From the NCBI RefSeq assembly GCF_009914755.1, contig NC_060932.1: a stretch of 64,000 nucleotides of DNA. The stretch is one strand, 5' to 3'. The notes under the pieces are model-generated. The model was not told the DNA's origin and searched no databases. It saw only the letters and a list, made by a program, of their open reading frames with translations. This stretch comes from the human T2T-CHM13v2.0 reference genome, Homo sapiens. Both the position numbers and the translations under genes were made by a program. Below are positions 1-11,000 of the stretch, in pieces (the first letter of the stretch is position 1; every line of letters starts with the position of its first letter).

Positions 1-63
1 TTTGCGGCGAGGTGGGCAGGGTGAGCTCTCGGGACTGATGGCGGTTTTGGAAGAGGCCTGGGG

Positions 64-2091
64 CTAAGGACAGGCCAGGGCGGCGGGAGAGGCGGACCGG
101 TGGCGTGGCTGGATCTGGGCGCGCTGTCGGACCTTCCACATCACCAGCTGCAGGCAGGCGTTTGCGTCCTCGCTGGAGTTGTGGCCGTCCTGGCTGTCCT
201 GGATGATCTGTGCCAGGTAGTCGGCCGCGAGATTCCTGAGGGAGCGCTTGTAGGGGAAACCCAGGTAGTGCGGGAAGAGCACGGCCGTGTCCACCACGGT
301 GCTGTGGATGAGCTTCAGGGCCAGCAGGTCGCTCTCCAGGCTGTGCCCGATGAGGATGGTTTGGGCGCTGAAAAAGCTCAGCAGGATGGCTTGGACTTGG
401 GGCAACGTGATGCTCGTCTTGGCGACGTCGGCCTCGGTGACTCCGGAAAACCTGGTGTTGTAGTCCACGATCTCGTTGTCGGGCTTGACGAAGGTGTCGT
501 ACACCACTCGCATGTCGGCGTCCACCACGGTGACGCGGGTCAGCTCTAGGCCATGCGTGGTGTAGCACATCTCACAGTCCAAGGCGTAGATTCCTGGATA
601 AGCGTCTCTGGACAACTCTTTCTTGAAGGTCTCCACGAAGCCATCGAGGCTCTCCTTGCGGCCGTCCCGCACGTGCTGCTTTGCCACCTGGCAGCCCACA
701 GAGCCAGGAGCAGCTGCACAGCAGGTGTACTGGCTAACCCGGCCTCCAGCCACCTGGCTCGAGCGGACCCGCCCCCAGTGATAATAACACAACTGGTCGC
801 GTACACAGCGGCCCGAGGAGGACACCAGGTACTCGGTGCCACAACGGCAGCAGACCCTGCAGGAGGAGTCGCCGGGCCCCTTCCCCTGGCCAGTGAAGAG
901 GACGGCGCCTCCGGGCCGCTCGGGGTGCGGGAAGGGGTAGCCGTTCTCCTTGAGCTGGTCCTGGGTGAGCAGGAACTCCTGGAGGCGGCTGTACAGGGCG
1001 GCCCTGCTGAGGCCGGGCATGGAGCTGGGGGTCAGGCCCTTCAGTCTCTTGAGGGTGTTCAGGACCACGTTCAGGTACCTGTTCTTGTTGGGGCTGCAGT
1101 CGTAGGCCACCTTCTCCTCGTTCAGCGCCTTCTCCTCGGCCTCCTGCTTGGAGGCGCAGAACTTGAGACACTCTTCGGTGAACAGTTGGAGATAGCCTCG
1201 GCGGAGGACGGTGGGGACTTGGCACCCAGAGCTTCGGAGGATAATGGGTTTCTTCAAACTCAAACTCGGTAAGGATGCACGACGGACGATTCGCTTAGAG
1301 CTGGTGGTGGCGGTGGTCTTGCATGCCATCCCTGACCTGTTGCGCGTCTTCCCTGGCTGTCTGCCGACCTTGGAGCCACGGGAGCGTTGGCTGCTGCTGG
1401 CCACCCGGGTTCTCTTGGCATCTGTGTAACCTGTGACCAAGCAAGGGCTGGAAGAGTGGGCGATCGTCTTCCTCTTCCTGGGGGCTGAGATGCGGACTCC
1501 CGAGGGCCTCTCTGTCAGCCTTGGGGCGGCTGGCAAGCGGCAGGCCGATCCCCTCTGCGCAGGGAAGTAGCACGACTCCGTCACCATCTTGGGCCACGCT
1601 GGGGGCACCGCCGGACCCCTGTTCTGGGGCTCCGCCTGGATGTCCACAAATGCTGAGGCCTGCTTGTGCATCTGGGGCACCCAGAGCCCGAAGCTCTGGG
1701 CAGGCTGATGAGAGGGCAGTGGGAATTCTGGAGCCTCGAGGGCCGCCTCCTCGGCCACCTTCTTAGCTTCTGGGTATCCAGGTGGGAACCAGCAGGGAGC
1801 TGTGGCTCGCAACATCTTGCTGCCTTCGGGAGCACCGGCCGGGCTCTGCTCCGCTCCCAAATGGCGGCTTGCCTCCGGGGCCGCCTCCTTGGCCACCTTC
1901 TTAGCTTCTGGGTATCCAGGGCGGAACCAGCAGGGAGCTGTGGCTCGCAACATCTTGCTGCCTTCGGGAGCACCGGCCTGGCTCTGCTCCCCTCCCAAAT
2001 GGCGGCTTGCCTCCAGGGCCGCCTCCTCGGCCACCTTCTTAGCTTCTGGGTATCCAGGGGGGAACCAGCAGGGAGCTGTGGCTCGCAACAT
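64..2091 (-). CDS. REXO1L1P: REXO1-like (GOR) DEDDh 3'-5' exonuclease, 675 aa, intronless retrogene, copy 1
   Basis: The ORF-track start at 2136 is TTG; the first ATG is 2091-2089 (AAGATGT, A at -3) and the stop is TAG at 66-64. ExoI ALDCEM, Exo[10 protein letters not shown] and Exo[11 protein letters not shown] are present, as is the REXO1-type Cys/His region (CCRCG...CYYHWG...YTCC). The exact paralog number cannot be assigned. Confidence 0.93.
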   Translation of the reverse strand: MLRATAPCWFPPGYPEAKKVAEEAALEASRHLGGEQSQAGAPEGSKMLRATAPCWFRPGYPEAKKVAKEAAPEASRHLGAEQSPAGAPEGSKMLRATAPCWFPPGYPEAKKVAEEAALEAPEFPLPSHQPAQSFGLWVPQMHKQASAFVDIQAEPQNRGPAVPPAWPKMVTESCYFPAQRGSACRLPAAPRLTERPSGVRISAPRKRKTIAHSSSPCLVTGYTDAKRTRVASSSQRSRGSKVGRQPGKTRNRSGMACKTTATTSSKRIVRRASLPSLSLKKPIILRSSGCQVPTVLRRGYLQLFTEECLKFCASKQEAEEKALNEEKVAYDCSPNKNRYLNVVLNTLKRLKGLTPSSMPGLSRAALYSRLQEFLLTQDQLKENGYPFPHPERPGGAVLFTGQGKGPGDSSCRVCCRCGTEYLVSSSGRCVRDQLCYYHWGRVRSSQVAGGRVSQYTCCAAAPGSVGCQVAKQHVRDGRKESLDGFVETFKKELSRDAYPGIYALDCEMCYTTHGLELTRVTVVDADMRVVYDTFVKPDNEIVDYNTRFSGVTEADVAKTSITLPQVQAILLSFFSAQTILIGHSLESDLLALKLIHSTVVDTAVLFPHYLGFPYKRSLRNLAADYLAQIIQDSQDGHNSSEDANACLQLVMWKVRQRAQIQPRHRSASPAALACP

Positions 2092-2146
2092 CTTGCTGCC
2101 TTCGGGAGCACCGGCCTGGCTCTGCTCCTCTCCCAACTGGCGGCTT
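1733..2146 (-). repeat. 3 x 138-bp tandem repeat (46-aa unit) spanning the 5'UTR and N-terminus, copy 1
   Basis: CAT(ATG) at 2089, 1951 and 1813, 138 bp apart; span is exactly 414 bp. Confidence 0.97.
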
Positions 2147-2149
2147 CAA

Positions 2150-2424
2150 TGAGTGCTGCGGCCGCCACTTGTCGCCTTTATATAGGCACAGGGCAGACTG
2201 GGTGGGACTTCTCCTTGATAGGTTGGTGCTTCAGTCCAATCACACTGAGCCTCATCTTCCACCAGACTCCAGCTTGGGAATGCCTCAGGGGGTGCGCTAA
2301 TGGAATCAACTGGAACTCCCGGTTGCTAAACTTGGAGCTAGGTTGCTTTTCCTGAGTTAAGTAACTGTCCCTGCAGGGCAGTCCTATAATGGCTACTGGA
2401 ATTGGGCTACCTAGGATTAAATTA
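2150..2424 (-). promoter_or_regulatory. Putative Pol II promoter of REXO1L copy 1: TATA box, CCAAT box, DUX4-type sites
   Basis: TATATAAAG on the minus strand at 2184-2176; Inr-like GCACTCATT ~30 nt downstream (~2150-2154); CCAATCA at 2236-2242; TAATGGAATCA at 2298-2308; TAATTTAATCC on the minus strand at 2424-2414. Confidence 0.7.
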
Positions 2425-2629
2425 AGGTTCAGGGAGGTTGGTCAACTTGCTTGGGCCCACACAGCACCCCTTGGAGCCAGGACTGGGCCAGCAGTCTGCT
2501 GCATGCTGGAGGGCGGGATCCCTCTGGGGCTGCCTTTCCCTGCTCTGTGCACTCCGCCGCTGCGGGCAAATTGAGGACAGGAAGCGGACCGCACCCACTT
2601 CTCTCCCAGGACTTGGGCAATGTTCAACA

Positions 2630-3518
2630 CAGGTGGTCTTCCAAAGGTTCATAGAAAATGCACATGGTGAAGAAACGATGCATGGATTTCCACTGGTGTG
2701 CACTAAAATAAACTTGTCCTAACTTCTGATAACCTTTCTGAACTAGATCTAGTTTGAGGCACTAAGAAGGATGAGACATCCACTGAAAAGGACTCCCGTC
2801 AGAGCAACATGAATTCCACGAAAATTGCAGCAAGAGGAAACATCAAATTTATGGTGAAGCTTGGGTGGAAGATTGAAGAAATCATTGACGTTTTAAGAAA
2901 AGCTTGTAAGGACACTACCCCAAAGAAATGAACTCTTTACGAATGTATAGCTTGTTTCAAGAAGAGGTGAGAAGATGTGGAAGATGAATCCTGCAGTGGC
3001 TGTGAAAACCACTGTGCCCAGATGAGCTGCAGTTACGACGAGAGCTATCAGTGGAAATTTTAAACAGGAGGGATCACGATCCTGACGCATCCCTCTGACA
3101 AATTGTAAGCGGCAGTTGGAACATGGCTTCACCAATATGATCGCCAAGGCAAAGCATCATGAAAGCGATGGCTACCAAGAGGTGGCAGTGGTCCAGTCAA
3201 AGGAAAAGGAGGCCAGTCAGGAGCCCACATCATGGCATCAGTGTTTTGGGACACTCAAGGCATTTTGCTTGTTGACTTTCTGAAAGGCCAAACATCTGCT
3301 TATTAGGAGAGTGTTCTGAGAAGCTTAGATAAAGCTTTGGTAGAAACATGCTGGGAAAGTCTCACTAGATCCTTGTTCACCACATCAATGCTCTGCTCAT
3401 TCCTCTCATCAAACAAGGGCAATTTTGTCAGTTTCAATGGGCAGTCCTTAGGAATTCACCTTACGGGCTGCTTTCATTCCTTCTAAATTCTTTTTGTTTC
3501 CTAATGATAAAAAGTCTC
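2630..3518 (+). mobile_element. HSMAR2 mariner DNA transposon remnant (5' TIR, internal deletion, 3'-truncated), unit 1
   Basis: TIR-like ggtggtcttccaaaggttcatagaaaatg at ~2632-2660. ATG 2809 gives MNSTKIAARGNIKFMVKLGWK..., resembling the Hsmar2 transposase N-terminus, with in-frame stops. Decayed catalytic-domain sequence continues to ~3518. Confidence 0.88.
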
Positions 3519-3576
3519 CTTGCCTTGCTTGGAAAGATGAGAGAAAGTCTCCTTGCCTTGTTTGGACAGATGAGAG
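3511..3576. repeat. 2 x 33-bp tandem duplication at the HSMAR2 3' breakpoint (all full units)
   Basis: aaagtctccttgccttgcttggaaagatgagag followed by aaagtctccttgccttgtttggacagatgagag. Confidence 0.9.
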
Positions 3577-3784
3577 ATGAGATCCTCCTCTTCTCTCCCA
3601 GGACAGAATGGTGAGACTTGAGTTTCCTTTCTCCTCACTCTTCTCCTCCTTGAGGGAGCTGCTGTGCCGGACAGACCTGCCCCCGTGTCTAGACACTGGT
3701 AGACTCGTTTAAGTTCCTCACAGGCAATCCTCCATGGGGTCAAAGTGGAAGGACTTATTTCTTCAGGGCTCAGTAGTCCACATC

Positions 3785-3897
3785 CTGGCGCGCACCTTCA
3801 CCAGCCCAGGGCGGGGTAGAGGAGGGTGAAAGGGCGTGGCTCAGAGCCCGCTTCTTCCGCTCGGGCGTATCCTGGGAGGAACCCTTGTCCGGTGAGC
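3785..3897 (+). promoter_or_regulatory. Small GC-rich promoter-like patch with Sp/KLF boxes and a splice donor (all full units)
   Basis: GGGCGGGG at 3809-3816, GGGCGTGGC at 3832-3840, CTTCCG, a CpG cluster, and donor-like CG|GTGAGC at 3892. Confidence 0.35.
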
Positions 3898-5379
3898 ATG
3901 TCTTCGTCTCTACCAAATTCCCTAGTGGGACATTTCTGGCAGCCCTACTTGTTCAGCAGCTTACGGGGGTCAGGTGGACCTCTGCTAGTCACCAGCCTGA
4001 AGCCCTTTCTCCATTTCAGCTATTTTGGCAGTTGCCTAGGTGACTTTTGAACCTCATTATCCAGAACAGCAAACGGACGAGGGGTGAGAAGAGTGGCCGT
4101 CTGGGTTTGCAGCATAGTGCTGCCTTCTAGGAGTTGTGCAGTCTTCGATTGTGTGAAACTTCACCTGGCTGATTTGTGGCAATGCCTCCACAAAATCGCT
4201 AAATTCAGTAGCTTTGGCCTTCCAAGATTCATTTACACAATGTTGAATGCTTTAAATGAATGAGCATGAAGAGTGCTGGGCTGGAAAGTGATGAGATGGG
4301 TGGTAGGGACTCCTCGGAGTAGAGGAGTAGAGTTTTACTATTATGACTAGGAGGCAAATAAAAAGAAGCTGAACGTGATCCATAATAAAAGAAGCACACA
4401 CTCACAGAGCTCCATACCAACTACATTAAAATGGAAATCATGATATTTGGAAATACAACTTAATTGGAAATCATTAAGTAATCTCATCAACCTTTTTACA
4501 GTGGGTGGCAGGGCTATGGAGGGAAAACAGCAATGGTTCTGGCACCTACTTAACTTGATTCCATTAAATTCACCCAACAGGCCTCCAGAGAAGATATTAC
4601 TGCTTTGATATTACAAAGGGAAAAACAGCTATGGCGTCTCTGAAAAGCACAACGTGCTAGGACTGGAATGACTTTAAAACCACACATAAATTTCTGAGAG
4701 ATTTTTGCCATAAGGTACCATCCACCTTACTGTAAACCACATCCTAAAATTGTCTGCAGTGCAAATGGATTATGTGCATCCAACAGGAAACAGCATAGGT
4801 TGAGAAGCTGTTACTTAATAGCTTCATTGTCACCACGAGTGTAAAGTGTGGGGTCTCATCACTTTTGCACCCACGTTTTGCCTGTTGGTTTCTCCACACT
4901 GTCAGGAGCATTTGACCAACTCACTGTGGCTCAGGGTCCCTTACGCAGCCTGTTGGGGAAACCAGTGGGTATTGAAGACCTGCCTCTGGTGTGCCAGGAG
5001 GTTGTGCCTGCCGGCCACTCTGACTTGCGATCTTCCGCCTCAGTGTATGGCTTCCTACACCTGGGTAATTAACATTGCCAGCATGATAAGGAGGTCCTTT
5101 CATCACTATTGCCACTAGTCCTTCCGACTCCTGTGCCCTGTTTCTCCTTTATTGGAACCCAAGAACGAGTAAACATAGCATTTTCAAACATCCCGCCCCC
5201 TTCACTGGTAACACCAATATTCCACCATCCTAATTCCCTCACAAGCATTCAGTCTCTCCACCCTGAGGTGGTGAAATCCCTGCAGGCATTTATAAGTATA
5301 CCTGGACAGAAGAAATACAAGATACCGTTCTATTAACTCAATATAGTGTTGCTAAGTTCGTACTTGTGCTTGGTTTATT

Positions 5380-5920
5380 TTATTTTATAAATAGGTATCA
5401 CTCGCATGGTTCCAAATGCGGTAGGCACAGAGAGTATATATGATGGAATTACATCCTCCTTCCCTGCACTCAGCAACCGAGATCATCCCGCTACGGGCAC
5501 TCAAAGGTTTCATTGTCTGAAATATCAGCCTAAACGTAGTTTATGTTTAGGAAGCAACAACCGTAAATAGGCCCACATCCAAACGGAGTGGATTTAGGTT
5601 TCACTTTTTCAAGGAAAAACCATCAAAGAATTTTTCCACATACTTATAAACCATCCCACGTATAGAATCCATTTTTACTGACACAAATTTAGTACCAATA
5701 AACGACTCTTCTTCTCAATTTGTTTTATTTAACAATAAGTCTTGAACGTCATTCCCAGTTAACATTTTGAAGAGTTTCCTCTCTTTCGTTCTGTTTTAGC
5801 TGCAAAGTATTCTTCCGTAAGGATGAACGTACTATAATTTATTAGCCAGCCACTTAGTGATGTACAATTAAACAGTTTTAAATCTTTGACTCTTGAAAAT
5901 ATTGTTTCTCACACATAAAT
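5380..5920 (-). mobile_element. Ancient L1M (L1MC/ME-like) 3' fragment (all full units)
   Basis: agctgcaaagtattcttccgtaaggatgaacgtactataatttattagccag resembles the reverse complement of old L1 3' ends; boundaries approximate. Confidence 0.45.
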
Positions 5921-5956
5921 ATTTCTATAAAATAAATTAGTTGAATTAGAATTGTT

Positions 5957-6170
5957 GGAGTTCAAGACCAGCCTGGCCAACATGGTGAAACCCCATCTCT
6001 ACTAGAAACACAAAATTAGCCGGACATGCCGGTACATGCCTCTAATCTCAGGTGAGGCAGGAGAATCACTTCAACCTGGGAGGCAGAGGTTGTAGTGACT
6101 CGAAATCACGCCACTGCACTCCAGCCTGGGCGACGCGAGCGAAACTCTGTCTCAAAAAACCAAAAAAAAT
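5957..6170 (+). mobile_element. 5'-truncated Alu (AluS-like), unit 1
   Basis: ggagttcaagaccagcctggccaacatggtgaaacccc...cactgcactccagcctgggcgac...A-tail; short internal deletion. Confidence 0.92.
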
Positions 6171-6184
6171 TAAACGTAAAAAGA

Positions 6185-7045
6185 AAAGCGGTACATATAC
6201 CCAATAGAACACAATTCAGCCTTAAAAAAGAAAGAAATCATCTCATTGGCAACACGAATGAGCCTAGAGGATGGTACACTGAGTGAAAGAAAGCAAAGGC
6301 CAGGCACGGTGGCTCATGCCTGTAATCCCAGTACTTTGGGAGGCCAAGGCAGGTGGAAGCGTTGAGCCCAGGAGTTGGAGATGAACCTGGGCAACATGGT
6401 GAAACCCCATCTCTAAAAGAAACACAAAAATTAGCCAAGTGTGGCGTTGGACGCCTGTAGTCCTAGCTATTCAGGAGGCTGAAGCGGGAGGAACTCTCGA
6501 CCCCGGGAGGTGGAGGCCGTGGTGAGTGAGCCGTGTTTGTGTCACTGTACTCCAGCCTGGGTGACAGACTGAGACCCTGTCTCAAAAAATAAATAATTAC
6601 ATAATAAAGATTTAAAAAGCAAGCACAAAAAGACAAATACTGCATGATCTCACTTATATGTGCAATCTCAAACAATGCAACTCATAGCTGTAGAGAGCAG
6701 AACGGTGGTTACCCGAGGCAGGGGTCAGGGAGGGACTGGAGAGATGATAGTCTCATGATACAAAATTTCAGAGAGGAATGGTTCTAGAGATCTATTGAAC
6801 AGCCTGGCATCTACAGTGTATAAGTATGTATTGTATACTTGAAAATTGCTATAAGAGTAGATTTTAGACATGTCCTCATCACATTAAAATCAGTATGTGA
6901 GGAAACGAGTGTGTTAATTAGCTTGATTTTGTCATTCCACAATGTATACACGTATGAAACATCATGTTGTATGCCATAAATATATATAATTTTTATTTGT
7001 CAAGTTAAAATTAAAATTCATATAAATTATAAAAATAAAATGAAA
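6185..7045 (+). mobile_element. Old L1MA/MB 3' end interrupted by an AluJ (all full units)
   Basis: cagccttaaaaaagaaagaaatc...gagtgaaa | Alu | gcacaaaaagacaaatactgcatgatctcacttatatgtg...ttagcttgattttgtcattccacaatgtatac, then an A-rich tail. Confidence 0.8.
6298..6615 (+). mobile_element. Full-length Alu (AluJ-like), unit 1
   Basis: ggccaggcacggtggctcatgcctgtaatcccag...; J-type ttgagcccaggagtt and ctgggcaacat; short aaagcaa repeat on both flanks. Confidence 0.93.
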
Positions 7046-7227
7046 TAACATACACTACAAAAGACGTTTATTTATTAAATCCCCACAGAAGGGGTCTAAG
7101 TGATAAAGGAAAATAAAATTCCGGGAACGGTAAAATCAATCAGAAATGCCCTACTTCAGTGCTTTCCGAAATTTGTCTGACAGAGTGGAAATCCAGTTTT
7201 TCACTAAGTCACTGTTCTGGAACAGTT

Positions 7228-7349
7228 TGTGTGTGTGTATGTATGTGTGTGAGGGCTCACATACACAAATTGAACTAATGGAAGTGTAAGCATTCAAATT
7301 ATCAGTTTAATTTAGTTCTATACATATACACACACACACACTCACACAC
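7228..7349. repeat. Short (TG)n and (CA)n microsatellites (all full units)
   Basis: gtgtgtgtgtatgtatgtgtgtg at ~7229-7251 and tacacacacacacactcacacac at ~7327-7349. Confidence 0.7.
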
Positions 7350-7559
7350 CGAAAACATTGATAAAATCAGCCATTCCAGCAAAACTAGCTACTTAGTGTC
7401 TATCTCTCCTTGAAGATTCAAACTAGAAATGAGGATTTAGAGAGGCATGATGGTTCGTTCTCTCTTGGAGCCCAGTTCGAAGTTGACTGACTGATTCAGT
7501 CATTGTAATTGGTTGGTCTTGGGGAAGAATCCACTTTGACTCTTGGGAAGTCAGCTAGG

Positions 7560-7910
7560 TCAGCGGACAGAGCAGGGGCTCTGGAGCCAGACTGCCTGCA
7601 CCCGACTTCTAGCTATGATACCTTGGATAAACTACTTATCACCTGGGCTTCAGGTTCCTCATCTGTAAAATGGGGATAAGAATGCTATCTCTCTCACAAC
7701 TATTAGGAGGACTGACTGGGTTAATACGTGCAAAGTACCAAGTACATAAGAAACCAACAGCCAGTGCTCATTACAATCATTATTATTTTGGGCAAGTTAA
7801 GCCGCATGGTTTCTTTAGGTATAAAATTAGGCTTTATTTACCTACCTGTTGGGTTGTTCCAAGGATTAATCACATAGTGTTCATGAATTCCCTTTATAAA
7901 CTATTATAGA
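7560..7910 (+). mobile_element. Two tandem MIR SINE fragments (all full units)
   Basis: ggctctggagccagactgcctg...ttcctcatctgtaaaatggggataa (MIR core); second fragment ttgggcaagtta...tacctacctgttgggttgttccaaggattaa. Confidence 0.8.
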
Positions 7911-7919
7911 AAAGAAATA

Positions 7920-8017
7920 TAGTTAACATTAATTGAACACCTACTATGCGCGATCGTTTTAAGGCTTGCCATGTGCTGCTTCATTCAGTCCGCACCATGA
8001 CATTAGGATCACACTTT
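7920..8017 (-). mobile_element. MIR, left half, split by the L1PA insertion (all full units)
   Basis: atagttaacattaattgaacacctactatg... matches the reverse complement of the MIR 3' end; continues at 11692. Confidence 0.65.
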
Positions 8018-11000
8018 CGTTTTCCATTTTTTTTTAAATTATACTTTAATTACTAGGGTACATGTGCACAACGTGCAGGTTTATTACGTATGTAAGCACG
8101 TGCCATGTTGGTGTGCTGCACCCATTCACTAGTCATTTACATTAGGTATATCTCTTAATGTTATCCCTCCCCCTCCCCCCGCCCATGACAGGCCCCGGTG
8201 TGTGATGTTCCCCTTTCTGCGTCCAAGTGTTCTCCTAGTTCAATTCCCACCTATGAGTGGGATCACGCGGTGTTTGGTTTTTTTGTCCTTGCGATAGTTT
8301 GCTAAGAATGATGGTTTCCAGCTTCATCCGTGTCCCTCCGAAGGGCATGAACACATGCTTTTTTATGGCTGCATAGTATTCCACGGTGTATTTGTGCCAC
8401 GTTTCCTTAATCCAGTCTATCATTGATGGACATCTGGGCTGGTTCCAAGTCTTTGCTACTGTGAACGGTGCCGCAATAAACATACGTCTGCGTGTGTCCT
8501 TTTAGCAGCATGATTTATAGTCCTATGGGTGTATACCCAGTAATGGGACGGCTGGGTCAAATGGTATTTCTAATTCTAGATCCTTGAGGATTCGCCACAC
8601 TATCTTCCACAACCGCTGAACTGGTTTACAGTCCCACCAGCAGTGTAAAAGTGTCCCTATTACTCCACTACCTCTCCAGCACCTGTTGTTTCCTGACTTT
8701 TTTATTGATCGCTATTCTAACTGGTGTGAGACGATATCTCTTTGCGGATTTGATTTGCATTTCTCTGATGACCAGTGTTGATGAGCATTTTTTCATGTGT
8801 CTGTTGGCTGCATAAATGTCTTCTTTTTAGAAGTGTCTCTTCATATCCTTCCCGCACTTGTTGATGGGGTTGTTTGGTTTTTCTTGTAACTCTGTTTGAG
8901 TTCTTAGTAGATTCTGGATATTAGCCCTTTGTCAGATGAGTAGATTGCAAAAATTTTCTCCCTTTCTGTAGCATGCCTGTTCACTCTGATGGGAGTTTCT
9001 TTAGCTGTGCAGAAACTCTTTAGTGTAATTAGATGCCGTTTGTCAATATTGGCTTTTGTTGCCTTTGCTTTTGGCGTTTTAGACATGAGGTCCTTGCCCA
9101 TGCCTATGTCCTGAATGGTATTGCCTAGGTTTTCTCCTAGGGTTTGTATGGCTTAAGATGTAACATTTAAGTCTTTCATCCGTCTTGAATAAACTTTTGT
9201 ATAAGGTGTAAGGAAGGGATCCAATTTCACCTTCGGACATATGGCTAGCCAGTTTTCCCAGCACCATTTATTAAATAGGGAATCCTTTCCCCATTTCTTG
9301 TTTTTGTCAGGTTTGTCAAAGATCCGACGGTTGTAGATGTGTCGTATTATTTCTGAGGGCTCTATTCTGTTCCATTGGTCTACAGTAACCAAAAAAAGGC
9401 AACCAACAGCATGCTGTTTGGTTACTGTAGGCTTGTAGTGTAGTTTGAAGTCGGGTAGCTTGATGCCTCCACCTTTGTTCTTTTGGCTTAGGATTATCTT
9501 GGCAGTGGGGGCCCTTTTGTGGTTCCATGTAAACTTTCAAGTAGTTTTTTCCAATTCTGTGAAGAAAGTCCTTGGTAGCTTGATGGGGATGGCATTGGAT
9601 CTATAATATACCTTGGGCAGTGTGGCCATTTTCACGATACTGATTCTTCCTAACCGTGAGCATGGAATATTCTTCCATTGGTTTGTGTCCTCTTTTATTT
9701 CGTGGAGCAGTGATTTGTAGTTCTCCTTGAAGAGGTCCTTCGCACATCGCATCCCTTGTTAGTTGGATTCCTCAGAATTTTATTCTCTTTGAAGCAATTG
9801 TGAATGGGAGCTCAGTCATGATTTGGCTCTCTGTTTGCCTGTTATTGGTGTATGAGAATGCTTGTGTGTTTTGCACATCGATTTTGTATCCTGAGACTTT
9901 GCTGAAGTTGCTTATCAGCTTAAGGAGATTTTGGGCTGAGACGATGGGGTTTTCTAAATATTCAATCATGTCATCTACAAACAGGGACAATTTGACTTCC
10001 TCTTTTCCTAATTGATTACTCTTTATTTCTTTCTCCTGCCTGATTGCCCTGGCCAGAAGTTCCAACACTATGTTGAATACGAGTGGTGAGAGAGGGCACC
10101 CCTGTCTTGTGGCAGTTTGCAAAGGGAATGCTTCCACTTTTTGCCCATTCAGTATGATATTGGCTGTGGGTTTGCCCTAAATAGCCCTTATTATTTTGAG
10201 GTATGTCCCATCAGTACCTAATTTATTGAGAGTTTTTGGCATGAAAGGCTGTTGGATTTTGTCAAAGGCCTTTTCTGCATCTGTTGAGATAATCACGCGG
10301 TTTCTGTCTTTGGTTCCGATTATATGCTGGATTATGTTTATTGATTTGCATATGTTGGACCAGCCTTGCATGTCAGGGATGAAGCCCACTTGATCATAAT
10401 GGATAAGCTCTTTGATGTGCTGCTGGATTCGGTTTGCCAGCATTTTATGGAGGATTTTTCCATCGGTGTTCCTCAGGGATATGGGCCGAAAATTCTCTTT
10501 GTTGGTTGTGTCTCTCTCAGCCTTTGGGATCAGGATGATGCTGGCCTCATAAAATGAGATAGGGAGGATTCCCTCTTTTTCTGTTGATTGGAATAGTTTC
10601 CGAAGGAATGGTACCAGCTCCTCCTTGTACTTCTGGTAGAATTCGGCTGTGAATCCGTCTGGTCCTGGAGTTTTATTGCTTGATAGGCTATTAATTATTG
10701 CCTCAATTTCAGAGCCTGTTATTGGTCTATTCAGGCATTCAACTTCTTCCTGGTTTACTCTGGGGAGGTTGCATGTGTCCAGGAATTTATTCATTTCTTC
10801 TAGATTTCCGAGTTTGTTTGCCTAGAGGTGCTGACAGTATTCTCTCATGGTAGTTTGTACTTCTGTGGGATCAGTGGTGATATCCCCTTTATCATTTTTT
10901 ATTGCATCTGCTTGATTCTTCTTCCTTTCATTCTTTAATAGTGTTGCTAGTGGTCTATCAATTTTGTTGATGGTTTCAAAAAACCCGCTCCTGGATTCAT

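Noticed and set aside
2092-2136. 690-aa version of the ORF starting MGEEQ...
   Set aside because: The start at 2136 is TTG, only ~15 nt from the predicted TSS; the first ATG at 2091 gives 675 aa
1733-2146. CRISPR-like repeat array beside a nuclease
   Set aside because: Contiguous tandem coding repeats with no unique spacers, in primate DNA
100-2355. Overlapping and antisense ORFs (149, 239, 163, 195, 229, 206 aa etc.)
   Set aside because: Shadow frames expected in GC-rich coding DNA and in a 138-bp (multiple of 3) repeat; no recognisable domains. Their recurrence only reflects the array.
2809-3518. Domesticated transposase (SETMAR-like) or the array as a mobile cargo transposon
   Set aside because: In-frame stops, internal deletion, no 3' TIR and opposite strand to REXO1L
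7228-7502. Inverted (TG)n/(CA)n pair and a small tgactga-t-tcagtca hairpin as a structured RNA
   Set aside because: Low-complexity and short; expected by chance, with no RNA-gene hallmarks
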